This document shows, in pieces, positions 1 through 8,845 of a stretch of DNA of 64,000 nucleotides. Source of the DNA: Candidatus Terrybacteria bacterium RIFCSPHIGHO2_01_FULL_48_17 (GTDB taxonomy: Bacteria; Patescibacteriota; Minisyncoccia; Terrybacterales; 2-01-FULL-58-14); the NCBI GenBank assembly GCA_001822835.1, contig MHSS01000005.1, forward strand, positions 1,719 through 65,718, given 5' to 3'. The notes beneath the pieces were generated by a model. That model was not told the origin of the DNA. It saw nothing but the letters and a program-made list of their open reading frames with translations, and made no database searches. Position 1 is the first letter of the stretch. Each line of letters begins with the position of its first letter. A program made the translations under genes and the position numbers.

Positions 1-1640
1 ATCGTACTGGTTCATATTCGCCAGAAGGTGTTGGGAAATCAGAGGGAACGCTTTTCTGATGAGCCGCACCTTCTCTTGTTCGATCTTCCGGTAGTCGGGG
101 TGGCCTTCGGGAATAGTTCGCAGTTCGGCTTCCCAGAAAAAGGAACGCAAATTTTGCCACTGTTGAAATCGCATGCGATATGCAAGCGGAACCGCATATT
201 GTGCAATTTCTGGATCCTGCGCCTCGATTGCGGAAAAAACTGCTTCGGCTTGTGAAATTGCTCCTCGAAATTCTTTTTCAAGACCGGCATCGATCACTTC
301 CGATGGCACATCATAACCATGATGGACGGAAAATAACTGCCTTTGCTGTGTTAACATGCGATGGCGATGCAAATCGCGCCATGCACCTATGTTCATGACG
401 ATCTCAAATCGTACAAAACTATTTTCAAGCGCGCGCCCCACTTTTTGCCAGCGTTGCGTGCGACCCTCAAAGTATTTTGAAACAATTTGCTTTTTCTTAT
501 CCGGCGGCATGCTGCGCACTTTTTCGAATATCTCGCTCCACGAATGGCGCATGCCAGGCGTATCGTAGATCATACTGGCAACAATCTTATTCTCGCCTTC
601 CGAATCGTGCTCAATAAGCGTTACGGCAACGGATTGCGCAGATCTGGGCAAATTATCATTGAATAAATTTTTTGTAAGCGCTGCGGTGCGTTTTTTGCGG
701 TTCCCAAGATATTCTTGGTATTCTTTTGCGATATCTGTTTTTGCTCTGCGCAAAAATGCCGGAATAACCTGATTTAATTCCTCATACGCGCGCTGCCCGG
801 CCCAGCGCACTTCTCCAAGTATGTGTTTTGCGCAACGGCTATACAAATATTCAAACGCCTGGCCATTACCAAAAAATGCAACCTGGCTTAATGTTGCCGC
901 GGGAAGCAAACCGCGTAATACATCAAACGACTTTGCACGAATGACTGCTGGTTTTTCATCTGGAAATTTTCCGGATAACCATTCCTGCATCTTGCCAAGA
1001 AGCTTCGTATAAGTACTAAATAGGCCATCGAGTGCCGCGCGATACTGTTTTTCCAGTCCCATCTTGGCAAGTGTCGGATCTATAAAATATAGGTATTGTC
1101 CGCCCGTTTTTTGGGAATAATCAACATATCTAGTTGATTTTTCAATAGGGGCAAGGCCTATTCTCTGGTCCTCTAAGTGTTTAATCGCTAGCTGCGAAAG
1201 GCCGCAGAAAACAAGATGAGTACCTGCCATTTGTGCAATAGAATCATCGCCATATTGAGCCAACCACTTCAGGTAAAATGCCCGGGCTTTTGGGTTTTGC
1301 AAAAGCTCTATGGCGCCGTGTTTTCTTAACAACATCCAAAATTCGCGTAACGCTTCACTCTGTTTCTGTTTTTCTGCCCAGCTTTCCGGCGCCTCATCTT
1401 CTTCTGGAACCGGATACATAAAGGGATACAAAAATTCATTCAAGAAGATTGCGCGAAGATCTTGAGCTGCGCGGCTCGCCCTTGAACACAACGCGCCGAT
1501 CAGTTCAGGCGAAAAAATAAGCGGCGCATAGACCGACTTGTCAATATTCGTTACAAACGGCTTAAGATGCAACGCATCCCTTCCGCTCCACGGTTCGCCT
1601 TGAAATAGCGGTTCGTACAACTGAAGCTCTTCTTCCATGA
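1..1640 (-). CDS. thyX: FAD-dependent thymidylate synthase ThyX, long form over 540 aa; C-terminus runs off the window start
   Basis: Manual translation of the minus strand from the ATG at 1640 gives MEEELQLYEPLFQGEPW... with an RHR-containing ThyX-like motif (LHRHRMLTQQRQ). An AAGGAG SD lies upstream. Tmk sits 20 nt upstream and dcd is nearby. The ORF is open to position 1. Confidence 0.6.
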
Positions 1641-1660
1641 TCGCTCCTTATGTTAATGAA

Positions 1661-2305
1661 CTAATGATATTTTGCCTTAACAAGCTTATCTAATAAAGGT
1701 TCGATCTGTGCAAAAATTGCTTCGGGCGAATTGCTGCCGTCGATCATATATACATTGTCATTACGCAACATTTTTGCAAGTGCGGTATATTGTGCCCTAA
1801 TTTTTCCCATCGTATCTTTTTTTTCAAAAATGTCAGCTTCGCTCTTTTTCTCTTTTGTTCTTTCAAATGCGATATCCGCCGCAACATCGATTATGATTGT
1901 GAGATCAGGAAACACAAACCACCGTATTTTTCGATGAAGTTGCCATAGTTCTTCAAAAGAAATATCTGTTGCCATGCCGTAAGCCATCGTTGACAAAAAA
2001 TAACGATCGGAAATAACAGCAGTAGGCGCCTTCTTCCCTATTTGAGGAATAATCTCGCGCTCCAAATGCGCTTGCCGATCTTCGATAAAAAGCTCCTGAA
2101 GCGCAAGAGAAGAAATCTCCAGAGCGCCGGTGATGGCCTGGCGGAGCCGTTGTTGGTCATCAAGATAGGAGGGTTCTTTGGTATACACCGCGGAATATCC
2201 TTTTGACGCATACCAGCGGACAATATTTTTAGCTTGTGTCGTCTTTCCGGACCCATCGATTCCCTCAACGGCGATAAAAAAACCAGGGTATGGATTTTCT
2301 TGCAT
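1661..2305 (-). CDS. tmk: thymidylate kinase
   Basis: P-loop FIAVEGIDGSGKTTQ and full-length dTMP kinase architecture, 214 aa. Confidence 0.9.
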   Translation of the reverse strand: MQENPYPGFFIAVEGIDGSGKTTQAKNIVRWYASKGYSAVYTKEPSYLDDQQRLRQAITGALEISSLALQELFIEDRQAHLEREIIPQIGKKAPTAVISDRYFLSTMAYGMATDISFEELWQLHRKIRWFVFPDLTIIIDVAADIAFERTKEKKSEADIFEKKDTMGKIRAQYTALAKMLRNDNVYMIDGSNSPEAIFAQIEPLLDKLVKAKYH

Positions 2306-2411
2306 ATGCTAATTCCACTTTACTGCCATCAAAATATTTTACAATCTTGACATATAAACTGTTCTATGCCAATGTGTCGTAAGTACGTATGATTAGAGAA
2401 GGAAGGTAAAC

Positions 2412-2594
2412 GTGAAGATCGAGCGGTCCAAAATCGGTGAAACAAAACCGTGCGCTGGTTGCGGAAAGGAAATATCGCCAGCAAGCTATGTCGAAGTGGT
2501 CGAGGGGCGACTTTTCTACCATGCAGACACTGGTCTTTATTGTCTTACCCCGCCAGAAAAGGCACAGCTTCTTAAAATCATTGAGCTTAAGTAA
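2412..2594 (+). CDS. small CxxC zinc-ribbon-like hypothetical protein, GTG start
   Basis: 60-aa ORF with CAGCGK motif. A GAAGGAAGG SD precedes it and a strong terminator hairpin follows immediately. Confidence 0.4.
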   Translation: MKIERSKIGETKPCAGCGKEISPASYVEVVEGRLFYHADTGLYCLTPPEKAQLLKIIELK

Positions 2595-2596
2595 TT

Positions 2597-2621
2597 AGCG
2601 GCACCTAGAGGTGCCGCTTTC
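2597..2621. terminator. rho-independent terminator hairpin, usable in both directions (small ORF and dcd)
   Basis: agcggcacc-taga-ggtgccgct perfect 9-bp stem followed by TTT. The reverse complement also forms a hairpin with an A/T tract. Confidence 0.6.
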
Positions 2622-2631
2622 ACTTAAAACT

Positions 2632-3207
2632 CTAGAAATTGAGATGCATTTTGCTGGCTGTGGGCCCCTCATCTCCAAAGTACTTGCTTTTCCGAGTCGG
2701 GGCGCCGTATGGCTCCTCTGCTTCGGAAGAGAGCTTCGTAAAACTAATCTGTGCGATAGGCATTTTCCAGTAAAGATTCACGGGTAATTTGCCGATATTG
2801 TGAAGCTCTAAGGTTGGTTTCAGGTGATTTCCCGGATCGATAAAGCCGGCAGTTGCGTGAACGATAATACCAAGGCGCCCCAATGAACTTTTACCGTTCA
2901 GTTGCCCTACGATACCGGCGGACAAGCCCACCTTTTCAAAGGTCACGCCCAACACAAACTCTCCCGGATGAAGCACAAAAGGAACACCTTCTTCCACCAA
3001 TACTTCTTCCATAATATCGTCAACCGGTTCTTTCACATCAATCGCTCCTCGAGATGAGGAGCGAAACGTAAGGAATTTATTTCCTAATCGCAGATCAACA
3101 GATGCGGGCTGCACCATTGCAATGTCGAATGGCTCAACAGCGATAAGCCCTTCGGCAATTCCCTTTTTTATGTCTCTGTCTGATAAAACCATAGCGAGTA
3201 AATCCAA
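2632..3207 (-). CDS. dcd: dCTP deaminase
   Basis: Dcd motifs are present (MVQPASVDLRLG, GFIDPGNHLKPTLELHN). 191 aa. Confidence 0.9.
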   Translation of the reverse strand: MDLLAMVLSDRDIKKGIAEGLIAVEPFDIAMVQPASVDLRLGNKFLTFRSSSRGAIDVKEPVDDIMEEVLVEEGVPFVLHPGEFVLGVTFEKVGLSAGIVGQLNGKSSLGRLGIIVHATAGFIDPGNHLKPTLELHNIGKLPVNLYWKMPIAQISFTKLSSEAEEPYGAPTRKSKYFGDEGPTASKMHLNF

Positions 3208-3330
3208 ATGTCAAAATCCAAAGCCCAAAACAAGCACCGAATCTTAAAATCAAAAAATCTTAAACACGTTTAAAATTTAGTATTTTGGAATTGTAATTTG
3301 TTTTGGATTTTGTGCTTTGTGCTTTAAATT
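3208..3330. repeat. AT-rich repeat patch of the aatcccaaat/atttgggatt family downstream of rplK
   Basis: aatccaaatgtcaaaatccaaagcccaaaa ... ttttggattttgtgctttgtgcttt. Related to the sequences at 4608-4768 and 28595-28715. Confidence 0.4.
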
Positions 3331-3752
3331 TATTCTACTTTAAGCCCCATTGACCGCGCCGTCCCTTCAATAACCTTGATGGCTTGTCCAACGTCTTCGG
3401 TATTCAAATCCGGGATCTTCTGTTCCGCAATTTCACGAATTTTTGCCTTGGTTACTACTCCGGCATTTTTCTTATGGGGCTCGCCCGAACCTTTCTCAAT
3501 TCCTGCTGCCTTGCGCAATAAATCAGAAGCCGGCGGGGTTTTAAGCCGCATATCAAATGTCCGGTCAGTATACACGGTCAATTCAACTGGGATAACGGTA
3601 CCAGCTTTGTCTTTGGTCGCTTCGTTAAATTTTGTACAGAACTCCTGAATATTCAAGCCATGTTGCCCCAAAGCTGGCCCCACCGGAGGAGCAGGCGTTG
3701 CCTGTCCGGCTTGAATTTGTAATTTAATGATTGTCTTGACTTCTTTGGGCAT
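3330..3752 (-). CDS. rplK: 50S ribosomal protein L11
   Basis: [38 protein letters not shown]... is a canonical L11 sequence. Confidence 0.95.
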   Translation of the reverse strand: MPKEVKTIIKLQIQAGQATPAPPVGPALGQHGLNIQEFCTKFNEATKDKAGTVIPVELTVYTDRTFDMRLKTPPASDLLRKAAGIEKGSGEPHKKNAGVVTKAKIREIAEQKIPDLNTEDVGQAIKVIEGTARSMGLKVE

Positions 3753-4049
3753 AAAATACTACGAAATACGAATGATTACGAATATACGAATATACAGGCG
3801 TTTCCTTTTTTTCTACCTTACTCCTCCATAAAGGTGTTGGCAATTTTTAGTCCAACTATCTATACGCCGCAAGAAGGACTTTTCTTCCATCTCAATCAAA
3901 GCGAGCGGCCGTACTTTGAGCGGGTTGCAGGGCCGAACCGGTTCGGGCGCGAGCGGTTGCCCGCCGAGCGGCCTTAAGGAACGGAAGGATTCCTTGCAGA
4001 CGCGAGGCGGGTTACCCGAGCGCCATGAAATGCAAAAACTGCTGCAAGC

Positions 4050-4595
4050 TTACAATTTCTTTACCTGTAAAAAGTCAAGCTCCACGGGGGTGTCGCGGCC
4101 GAACATGTTCACGAGCACCTTTACTTTGCCTCGCGCTTCATCAACATCCGAAACCTTCCCATCCATATCCCTGAAAGGACCGTCGGCGATGCGTACCGTA
4201 TCCCCTACCTTTGTATCAATCTTATACTCCGGCTCTTCTGCGCCGATGCGTTTCAACAACGAATCGATTTCCTCTTTTATTAAAGGCGTTGGGGTGGTTC
4301 CGGCACCCACAAAGCCCGTCACGCGCGGGGTATTACGCACCACATACCATGAATCGTCGGTAACAATCATCTCAACCAAAACGTAGCCCGGATAAACGTT
4401 TTCTTCAACCACCCGCCGCTTTCCACTTTTCACCTCAATTCGTTTTTCTTTTGGCACCAAGACCTGAAAAATCTTATCTTCCATGCCGAGCGATTCAATA
4501 CGCTGCTTAAGCGCCCGCGCCACTGCATCTTCATACCCTGCATAAGTATGAATGACATACCAATTTCGTCCGTATTGCGTGGTTTGTTTTGGCAT
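4050..4595 (-). CDS. nusG: transcription termination/antitermination factor NusG
   Basis: NGN domain (YVIHTYAGYE) and a C-terminal KOW motif (KVGDTVRIADGPFRDMDGKV). Confidence 0.95.
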   Translation of the reverse strand: MPKQTTQYGRNWYVIHTYAGYEDAVARALKQRIESLGMEDKIFQVLVPKEKRIEVKSGKRRVVEENVYPGYVLVEMIVTDDSWYVVRNTPRVTGFVGAGTTPTPLIKEEIDSLLKRIGAEEPEYKIDTKVGDTVRIADGPFRDMDGKVSDVDEARGKVKVLVNMFGRDTPVELDFLQVKKL

Positions 4596-4607
4596 AGACC
4601 GAAGTTA

Positions 4608-4768
4608 CAAGATACAAGAAACAATCATCAAATAAATCTCAATGCCCAAATTCCAATGACCAATAAATAACTTAATGTCTTAATGTAAAAACATTTTGCC
4701 ATTGGGGCCTGGATATTTATTGGAAATTGGGATTTGGATATTGGTCATTGTTTGTGCCTTGTATCTTG
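4608..4768. repeat. MITE-like palindromic element with 11-bp terminal inverted repeats between secE and nusG
   Basis: caagatacaag at 4608-4618 and cttgtatcttg at 4758-4768 are perfect inverted repeats. The interior holds imperfect IR arms (ccaatgaccaat / attggtcatt) and attggga-type direct repeats. Confidence 0.5.
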
Positions 4769-4794
4769 ATGTTTGGATCTTCCCGAATTATTAA

Positions 4795-5154
4795 TTATTG
4801 ATTATTTTCTTCGTTCGGTGTTGTTTCCGTTCCGGTAGCGTCTTGGGTCGCCCCATCCCCTGCCTCTTGGGTCTGTATATTAACAGCACCCTGGTCGGTA
4901 TCGCCTACCTGCACCGGAATATTTTGCGACTGCGATCTTTGCTGAGTGACTACTGTATCAACAAAAAAGAGCGCGCGACTGAACACAAAATCAAAAACGC
5001 CCAAAAGAGCCGCGACGAACGCGGAAAGAAGAATCACAATAAGCGTAAGGCGGACCACCTCTTGTCGTGTCGGCCAATTTACCCGTTGCATCTCGACACG
5101 AACCTCTTTAAGGTACGCCCATGTCTTTAGGGGTAAAGAAAGAATCAGGTTCAT
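4795..5154 (-). CDS. secE: preprotein translocase subunit SecE with a roughly 55-aa low-complexity C-terminal extension
   Basis: N-terminal KEVRVEMQRVNWPTRQEV plus a single TM helix is the SecE core. An acidic Thr/Gln-rich tail follows (QGAVNIQTQEAGDGATQDATGTETTPNEENNQ). The secE-nusG-rplK order is conserved. Confidence 0.8.
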   Translation of the reverse strand: MNLILSLPLKTWAYLKEVRVEMQRVNWPTRQEVVRLTLIVILLSAFVAALLGVFDFVFSRALFFVDTVVTQQRSQSQNIPVQVGDTDQGAVNIQTQEAGDGATQDATGTETTPNEENNQ

Positions 5155-5202
5155 AAAAACTATTTGTGTATATTTGTTTTCCCACTCGCGCTAATTCGTG
5201 TC

Positions 5203-5248
5203 TTCTAAAAACAGCCCACGGGGGGCGTCCCCACCAGCATAGGGCTGC
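5203..5248 (-). terminator. putative rho-independent terminator after mltG
   Basis: On the minus strand CAGCCC...GGGCUG has 6-bp outer stems enclosing a GGGG-ACGCC-CCCC hairpin, followed by UUUUUA. Confidence 0.45.
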
Positions 5249-5279
5249 CACGATCTTTTGTCAATAATTTGATCCGTGC

Positions 5280-6416
5280 TCAATGCAAATATTGTGCTTT
5301 GGCACGATTGTGTTCTTCAAGAGTACGCGAAAAAACCGTAGTGCCGTCTGGTGCCGAAAGGTAATACAGATATGGCGAGGCCTCTGGATAAATGGCGGCC
5401 GTAAGCGCAGCCAATCCGGGATTGGAAATAGGCCCGACAGGAAGACCCGCGTATTTATAGGTATTATAGGGAGAATCAAATTGCAAATCTTCGATCGTAA
5501 GGGTGCTGGAGGTCTTTTGACCCTTAACTTCAGAACGTTCCAGGGCGTATAAAACCGAAGCGTCAACCTGCAACGGCATACCAATTTCAAGGCGCTTGTA
5601 TAAAATACCGGAAACAACTTTCATGTCACGATCGGTCCGCACTTCTCTTTCAATGATGGATGCTATTGTTACAATATCATGAATTGATTTTCCTTGCCGC
5701 AAAATTTCTTCGCGCAATTCTCCCGACAGCTTATTTTCAAAATTGATGAACATTTTTACAGCAATATCTTGCGGCGCCGAATCTTTACGAAACCGATAGG
5801 TGTCGGGGAAAAGATAACCCTCAAATTCCCGCATACCCACAGGTGCCCGGCTGCACGGTTCGATTAGTTCAAAGTCCGCGCACGCTGCCTCATTGAACAA
5901 GGCCGATAGAAATTCGTTTGCTTCGCCAAGACCTTCTTGGGAAAAACGCGCGTCAATATCGGCAACATCAAACCCTTCCGGAATCGTAACCGTAAGATCG
6001 CGTTCTGGTGGCGCCTTAGCCGTTAACACCTCACTCACACGAAAAGCCGACATTGCGGGTGACAACATAAAATCACCTGCCTTTACTTGCGCTTCCCTAC
6101 CCTGAAAAATTAAAAGTAGCTGAAAAATAAATCCATTGCGAACTAAACCTTGTGCCTGGAGGCGCTGCGCAATATCGCTAATCGTTTCACCCTGCATAAT
6201 TACAAACGACTGTTGTGCTGCCACGTTTTGCGGCGCCTGCAGTAAAAACCAAACCATAAAAATGCACACGGCCAAAATAAGACCGAGGGCAGCCAACGCC
6301 CCCAAAATAATTCGTTTCACCCACCGCCCTCGACCTTTTGGGGGCAATTGTTTCCCGATTTCTGGTTTCTCATCTCCAGTTTCTAATCTCTCTTCAGAAG
6401 CTACAATCTCATGCAT
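5280..6416 (-). CDS. mltG: endolytic murein transglycosylase MltG (YceG family)
   Basis: YceG motifs at the C-terminus (YLYYLSAPDGTTVFSRTLEEHNRAKAQY) and an N-terminal TM helix. The annotated ORF has a spurious N-terminal extension. The start was chosen at MHEIV (6416), with 6449 as an alternative. Confidence 0.8.
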   Translation of the reverse strand: MHEIVASEERLETGDEKPEIGKQLPPKGRGRWVKRIILGALAALGLILAVCIFMVWFLLQAPQNVAAQQSFVIMQGETISDIAQRLQAQGLVRNGFIFQLLLIFQGREAQVKAGDFMLSPAMSAFRVSEVLTAKAPPERDLTVTIPEGFDVADIDARFSQEGLGEANEFLSALFNEAACADFELIEPCSRAPVGMREFEGYLFPDTYRFRKDSAPQDIAVKMFINFENKLSGELREEILRQGKSIHDIVTIASIIEREVRTDRDMKVVSGILYKRLEIGMPLQVDASVLYALERSEVKGQKTSSTLTIEDLQFDSPYNTYKYAGLPVGPISNPGLAALTAAIYPEASPYLYYLSAPDGTTVFSRTLEEHNRAKAQYLH

Positions 6417-6459
6417 GTTTTTTTGAAGATTTTGAGGATTAAATCCCATAAAGCTCGGA

Positions 6460-7143
6460 TTATTCGGATCGCGGATGGATAAGAGGAACAAAGGCAAAAC
6501 CAGGATATTCCTCCTCATCCCATGAGCCATTGTCTTTTTTTCGAAATCGCCACACGCTTGATTGAATTGGTGCGACGATAATGCCACCCGCAGCACACTG
6601 CTCTTTCCACGCATAGGGTAATGTTTCCCCCGCTGCAGCGGCAATAATTCGATCGTACGGCGCGTGTTCGGGCAAGCCCCCGGAGGCATCACCGCATATC
6701 CACTGTACAATCCCTTTCTCAATAAAATTATATTTCGCTACGTTCTTCTTCCCAAACTCGCACAACTCCGGCACCCGCTCCACCGCATACACTCGTCCTG
6801 AACCCTGTCCCTTGCCTGCCCCGTTGCGAACTCGTTCTGCTGCGGGGTCCCCTGTGCGTTGCTTGCTTACAATATACGCAAGCAGCACCGTTTGCCACCC
6901 AGATCCTGCGCCAATATCCAAAACCTTCTGGCCGGGTTGCGGCTCAAGCAATTCCAGCATAAATGCTACGGTTAATGGTTGAGAAATGGTCTGGCCGTGA
7001 CCAATCGGCAAAGGAGCATTTAGTTCCGCTTCGATTCGTAATTCCTCTGAAACGAAATTCTCTCTGGAAACAGCGCGGAACGCCTCAACAATACGAGGAG
7101 TTCGTAAAATTCCCTGTTGTATTAAATCGTCAACGACAGTCAT
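6460..7143 (-). CDS. pcm: protein-L-isoaspartate O-methyltransferase
   Basis: VLDIGAGSGWQTVLLA SAM motif and PIMT-like flanks. The start at MTVVDD lies downstream of the terminator of the upstream gene. Confidence 0.85.
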   Translation of the reverse strand: MTVVDDLIQQGILRTPRIVEAFRAVSRENFVSEELRIEAELNAPLPIGHGQTISQPLTVAFMLELLEPQPGQKVLDIGAGSGWQTVLLAYIVSKQRTGDPAAERVRNGAGKGQGSGRVYAVERVPELCEFGKKNVAKYNFIEKGIVQWICGDASGGLPEHAPYDRIIAAAAGETLPYAWKEQCAAGGIIVAPIQSSVWRFRKKDNGSWDEEEYPGFAFVPLIHPRSE

Positions 7144-7158
7144 CGTGTATAGTATGAC

Positions 7159-7188
7159 AGAAAAAATGCGCCCGTGCATTACGGGCGC
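7159..7188 (-). terminator. rho-independent terminator of the AAA+ gene
   Basis: gcgcccgt-gcatt-acgggcgc is a perfect 8-bp stem. On the minus strand it is followed by AUUUUUUCU. Confidence 0.65.
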
Positions 7189-7198
7189 AAGCAATGTT

Positions 7199-8713
7199 TT
7201 ATTCTTGCGGTTTTGGTTCCGGAAACTCGGTATCCTCTTGCGCGTTCGGATTTTCCGTAGACGGCGTTGATCCATCCGGCCGCTTTCGGCGTATCGGAAT
7301 GGGTTTTCCGCCCCGCTGCGACATAGGAGGCCTTGGACGCGGTAAAGGAATTCCTGCACTACGGAACGCATCCACCAATTCTGCCGTGGAAAGCGGATCC
7401 GCCTCCATCGGCTCACGCAATTGCCACGGCGTCGTTGCTCGTTTCCTTCTCGCGCGCCGGACAACCGTCGCGGCTTTCTTCTGTCCGTTTTCTTCCGAGA
7501 AAACAACGTCGAGTAATACCGATTCTCCCGAACGCAGCTTTGCCTCAACGGCGAAATCTGAAATTGGGGCAGCAACAAACTTTTCTATGATAGTGCGTAT
7601 ATTCCGCGCGCCGTATTTAGGATCAACGCCTTCGCTGAACAAAAACTCAAGAAACGGAGCGGTATAAGAAACCGAAAGCGCGGCCGGTGTTCCAGCACTC
7701 CCATCTATCCGTTGTTCCACTATCTCAAGCTCTTTAAACAAGATCCGCCAACACGCCTCCTCGCTCAAGGGGTCAAACACAATAATGCCATCGCTCCCGA
7801 TACGACCCAAGAGTTCCGGTTTAAAGTGCGGCGACTGCTCAATGACGCGTTTTGTGGCGCTCCAAATCTGCTGGCTCTTCCCGTTTGCGCGCGCAATGCG
7901 CTGTTTTACATTCAGCTTAAAGCCCAAACGCCCCGAATCGTCCAGAACGCGCTGGATTTCTTTTGAAGCAATATTGGAAGTCAGCACAAAAAGCGTACCC
8001 GTGAAATCAATAGTCATGCCCTTATTAAGGGTGAACTTTCCTTCTTCCAAAATTCCCAGCAATAAATCGGTAAGTTCGGGTGCTGCTTTTTCAAATTCAT
8101 CCAAAATGATTATTGCTCGCACGGGCCAAAGCTTTTGCCGCAGGCGACCAAGAAAGTTCTCCCGCGCCTTTTGCATGGCGCCGGAGAGCTCAAAAAACAT
8201 TATTGCCTGCTGCCCGAAAAGCTGCACCAAAGATTCTTTGAATTCCTCATAATCCTCAAGGGCTTTGGGAGCGCGCTTTTTGACATCGTATTCTCCCACA
8301 TCTTCAAATGCCGATTTGTCGCCATAGCCCACATAGCTTGGCGGTGCCCCTTTCAAGCGCAACACCTCGTGGCGTTCTTTTATCGCGCCACAGTCGATAT
8401 AAATAATCGGATCTCCCAGTCCCGGCTCAGGATGTCCGATCCATTCCCATCCTAACACCTTCGCAAGAAATGTTTTTCCGGTACCAGTCGGGCCTGCAAA
8501 AAGCATAACGCCTACGGGGCGCTTAGGGTCATTAATGCCCGCATAAAAACGGACAAGAATGCGCACCGCATGGCGTATTGCCCGATCTTGGCCGAACACC
8601 TGATTGCGAATGCGTTCAATCATTGCGCGAAAATGAGATGTTCCTTTCCTGTCGCGCATGAGCATGATGGGAAAACGTGAAGGGTCTACGCCGGTCCGCG
8701 GTTTGTTGGACAC
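7199..8713 (-). CDS. standalone ClpA/ClpB D2-type AAA+ ATPase with a basic Pro-rich C-terminal tail
   Basis: It shows the D2 signature: VFGQDRAIRHAVRIL...GINDPKRPVGVMLFAGPTGTGKTFLAKVL, then LKGAPPSYVGYGD, IIILDEFEKAAPELTDLLLGILEEGKFT, TLFVLTSNI, and sensor 2 GARNIRTIIE. There is no D1 domain and no N-domain. The tail is an RRARRKR...PRPRPP stretch. Confidence 0.75.
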   Translation of the reverse strand: MSNKPRTGVDPSRFPIMLMRDRKGTSHFRAMIERIRNQVFGQDRAIRHAVRILVRFYAGINDPKRPVGVMLFAGPTGTGKTFLAKVLGWEWIGHPEPGLGDPIIYIDCGAIKERHEVLRLKGAPPSYVGYGDKSAFEDVGEYDVKKRAPKALEDYEEFKESLVQLFGQQAIMFFELSGAMQKARENFLGRLRQKLWPVRAIIILDEFEKAAPELTDLLLGILEEGKFTLNKGMTIDFTGTLFVLTSNIASKEIQRVLDDSGRLGFKLNVKQRIARANGKSQQIWSATKRVIEQSPHFKPELLGRIGSDGIIVFDPLSEEACWRILFKELEIVEQRIDGSAGTPAALSVSYTAPFLEFLFSEGVDPKYGARNIRTIIEKFVAAPISDFAVEAKLRSGESVLLDVVFSEENGQKKAATVVRRARRKRATTPWQLREPMEADPLSTAELVDAFRSAGIPLPRPRPPMSQRGGKPIPIRRKRPDGSTPSTENPNAQEDTEFPEPKPQE

Positions 8714-8791
8714 AGTCAGCCACCTTTCTTATTGCCAAAGAGCAAAATGTAGTTTGCACTGTAGCATTAAAACCCTCGCGAGACAAGGCCC

Positions 8792-8829
8792 GAATTCTTT
8801 GCCAAAAGAAAACAGCCGCAGATTTTTGC
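8792..8829 (-). terminator. rho-independent terminator after the phosphoesterase gene
   Basis: acagccgcag / ctgcggctgt is a 10-bp stem. On the minus strand it is followed by UUUUCUUUUGG. Confidence 0.6.
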
Positions 8830-8845
8830 CTGCGGCTGTGCGAAA

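Noticed and set aside
2306-2411. TTGACA box at 2348 as a sigma-70 promoter
   Set aside because: No convincing -10 at proper spacing. Left unannotated.
5155-5279. Expected tRNA-Trp upstream of secE
   Set aside because: No cloverleaf can be folded. The structured segment is better explained as a terminator hairpin for mltG. tRNA-Trp lies at 27762 instead.
5261-6722. Long N-terminal extensions of the mltG and pcm ORFs (and the 118-aa ORF at 5261)
   Set aside because: The extensions overlap upstream genes and the terminator. Conserved N-termini begin at internal Met codons.
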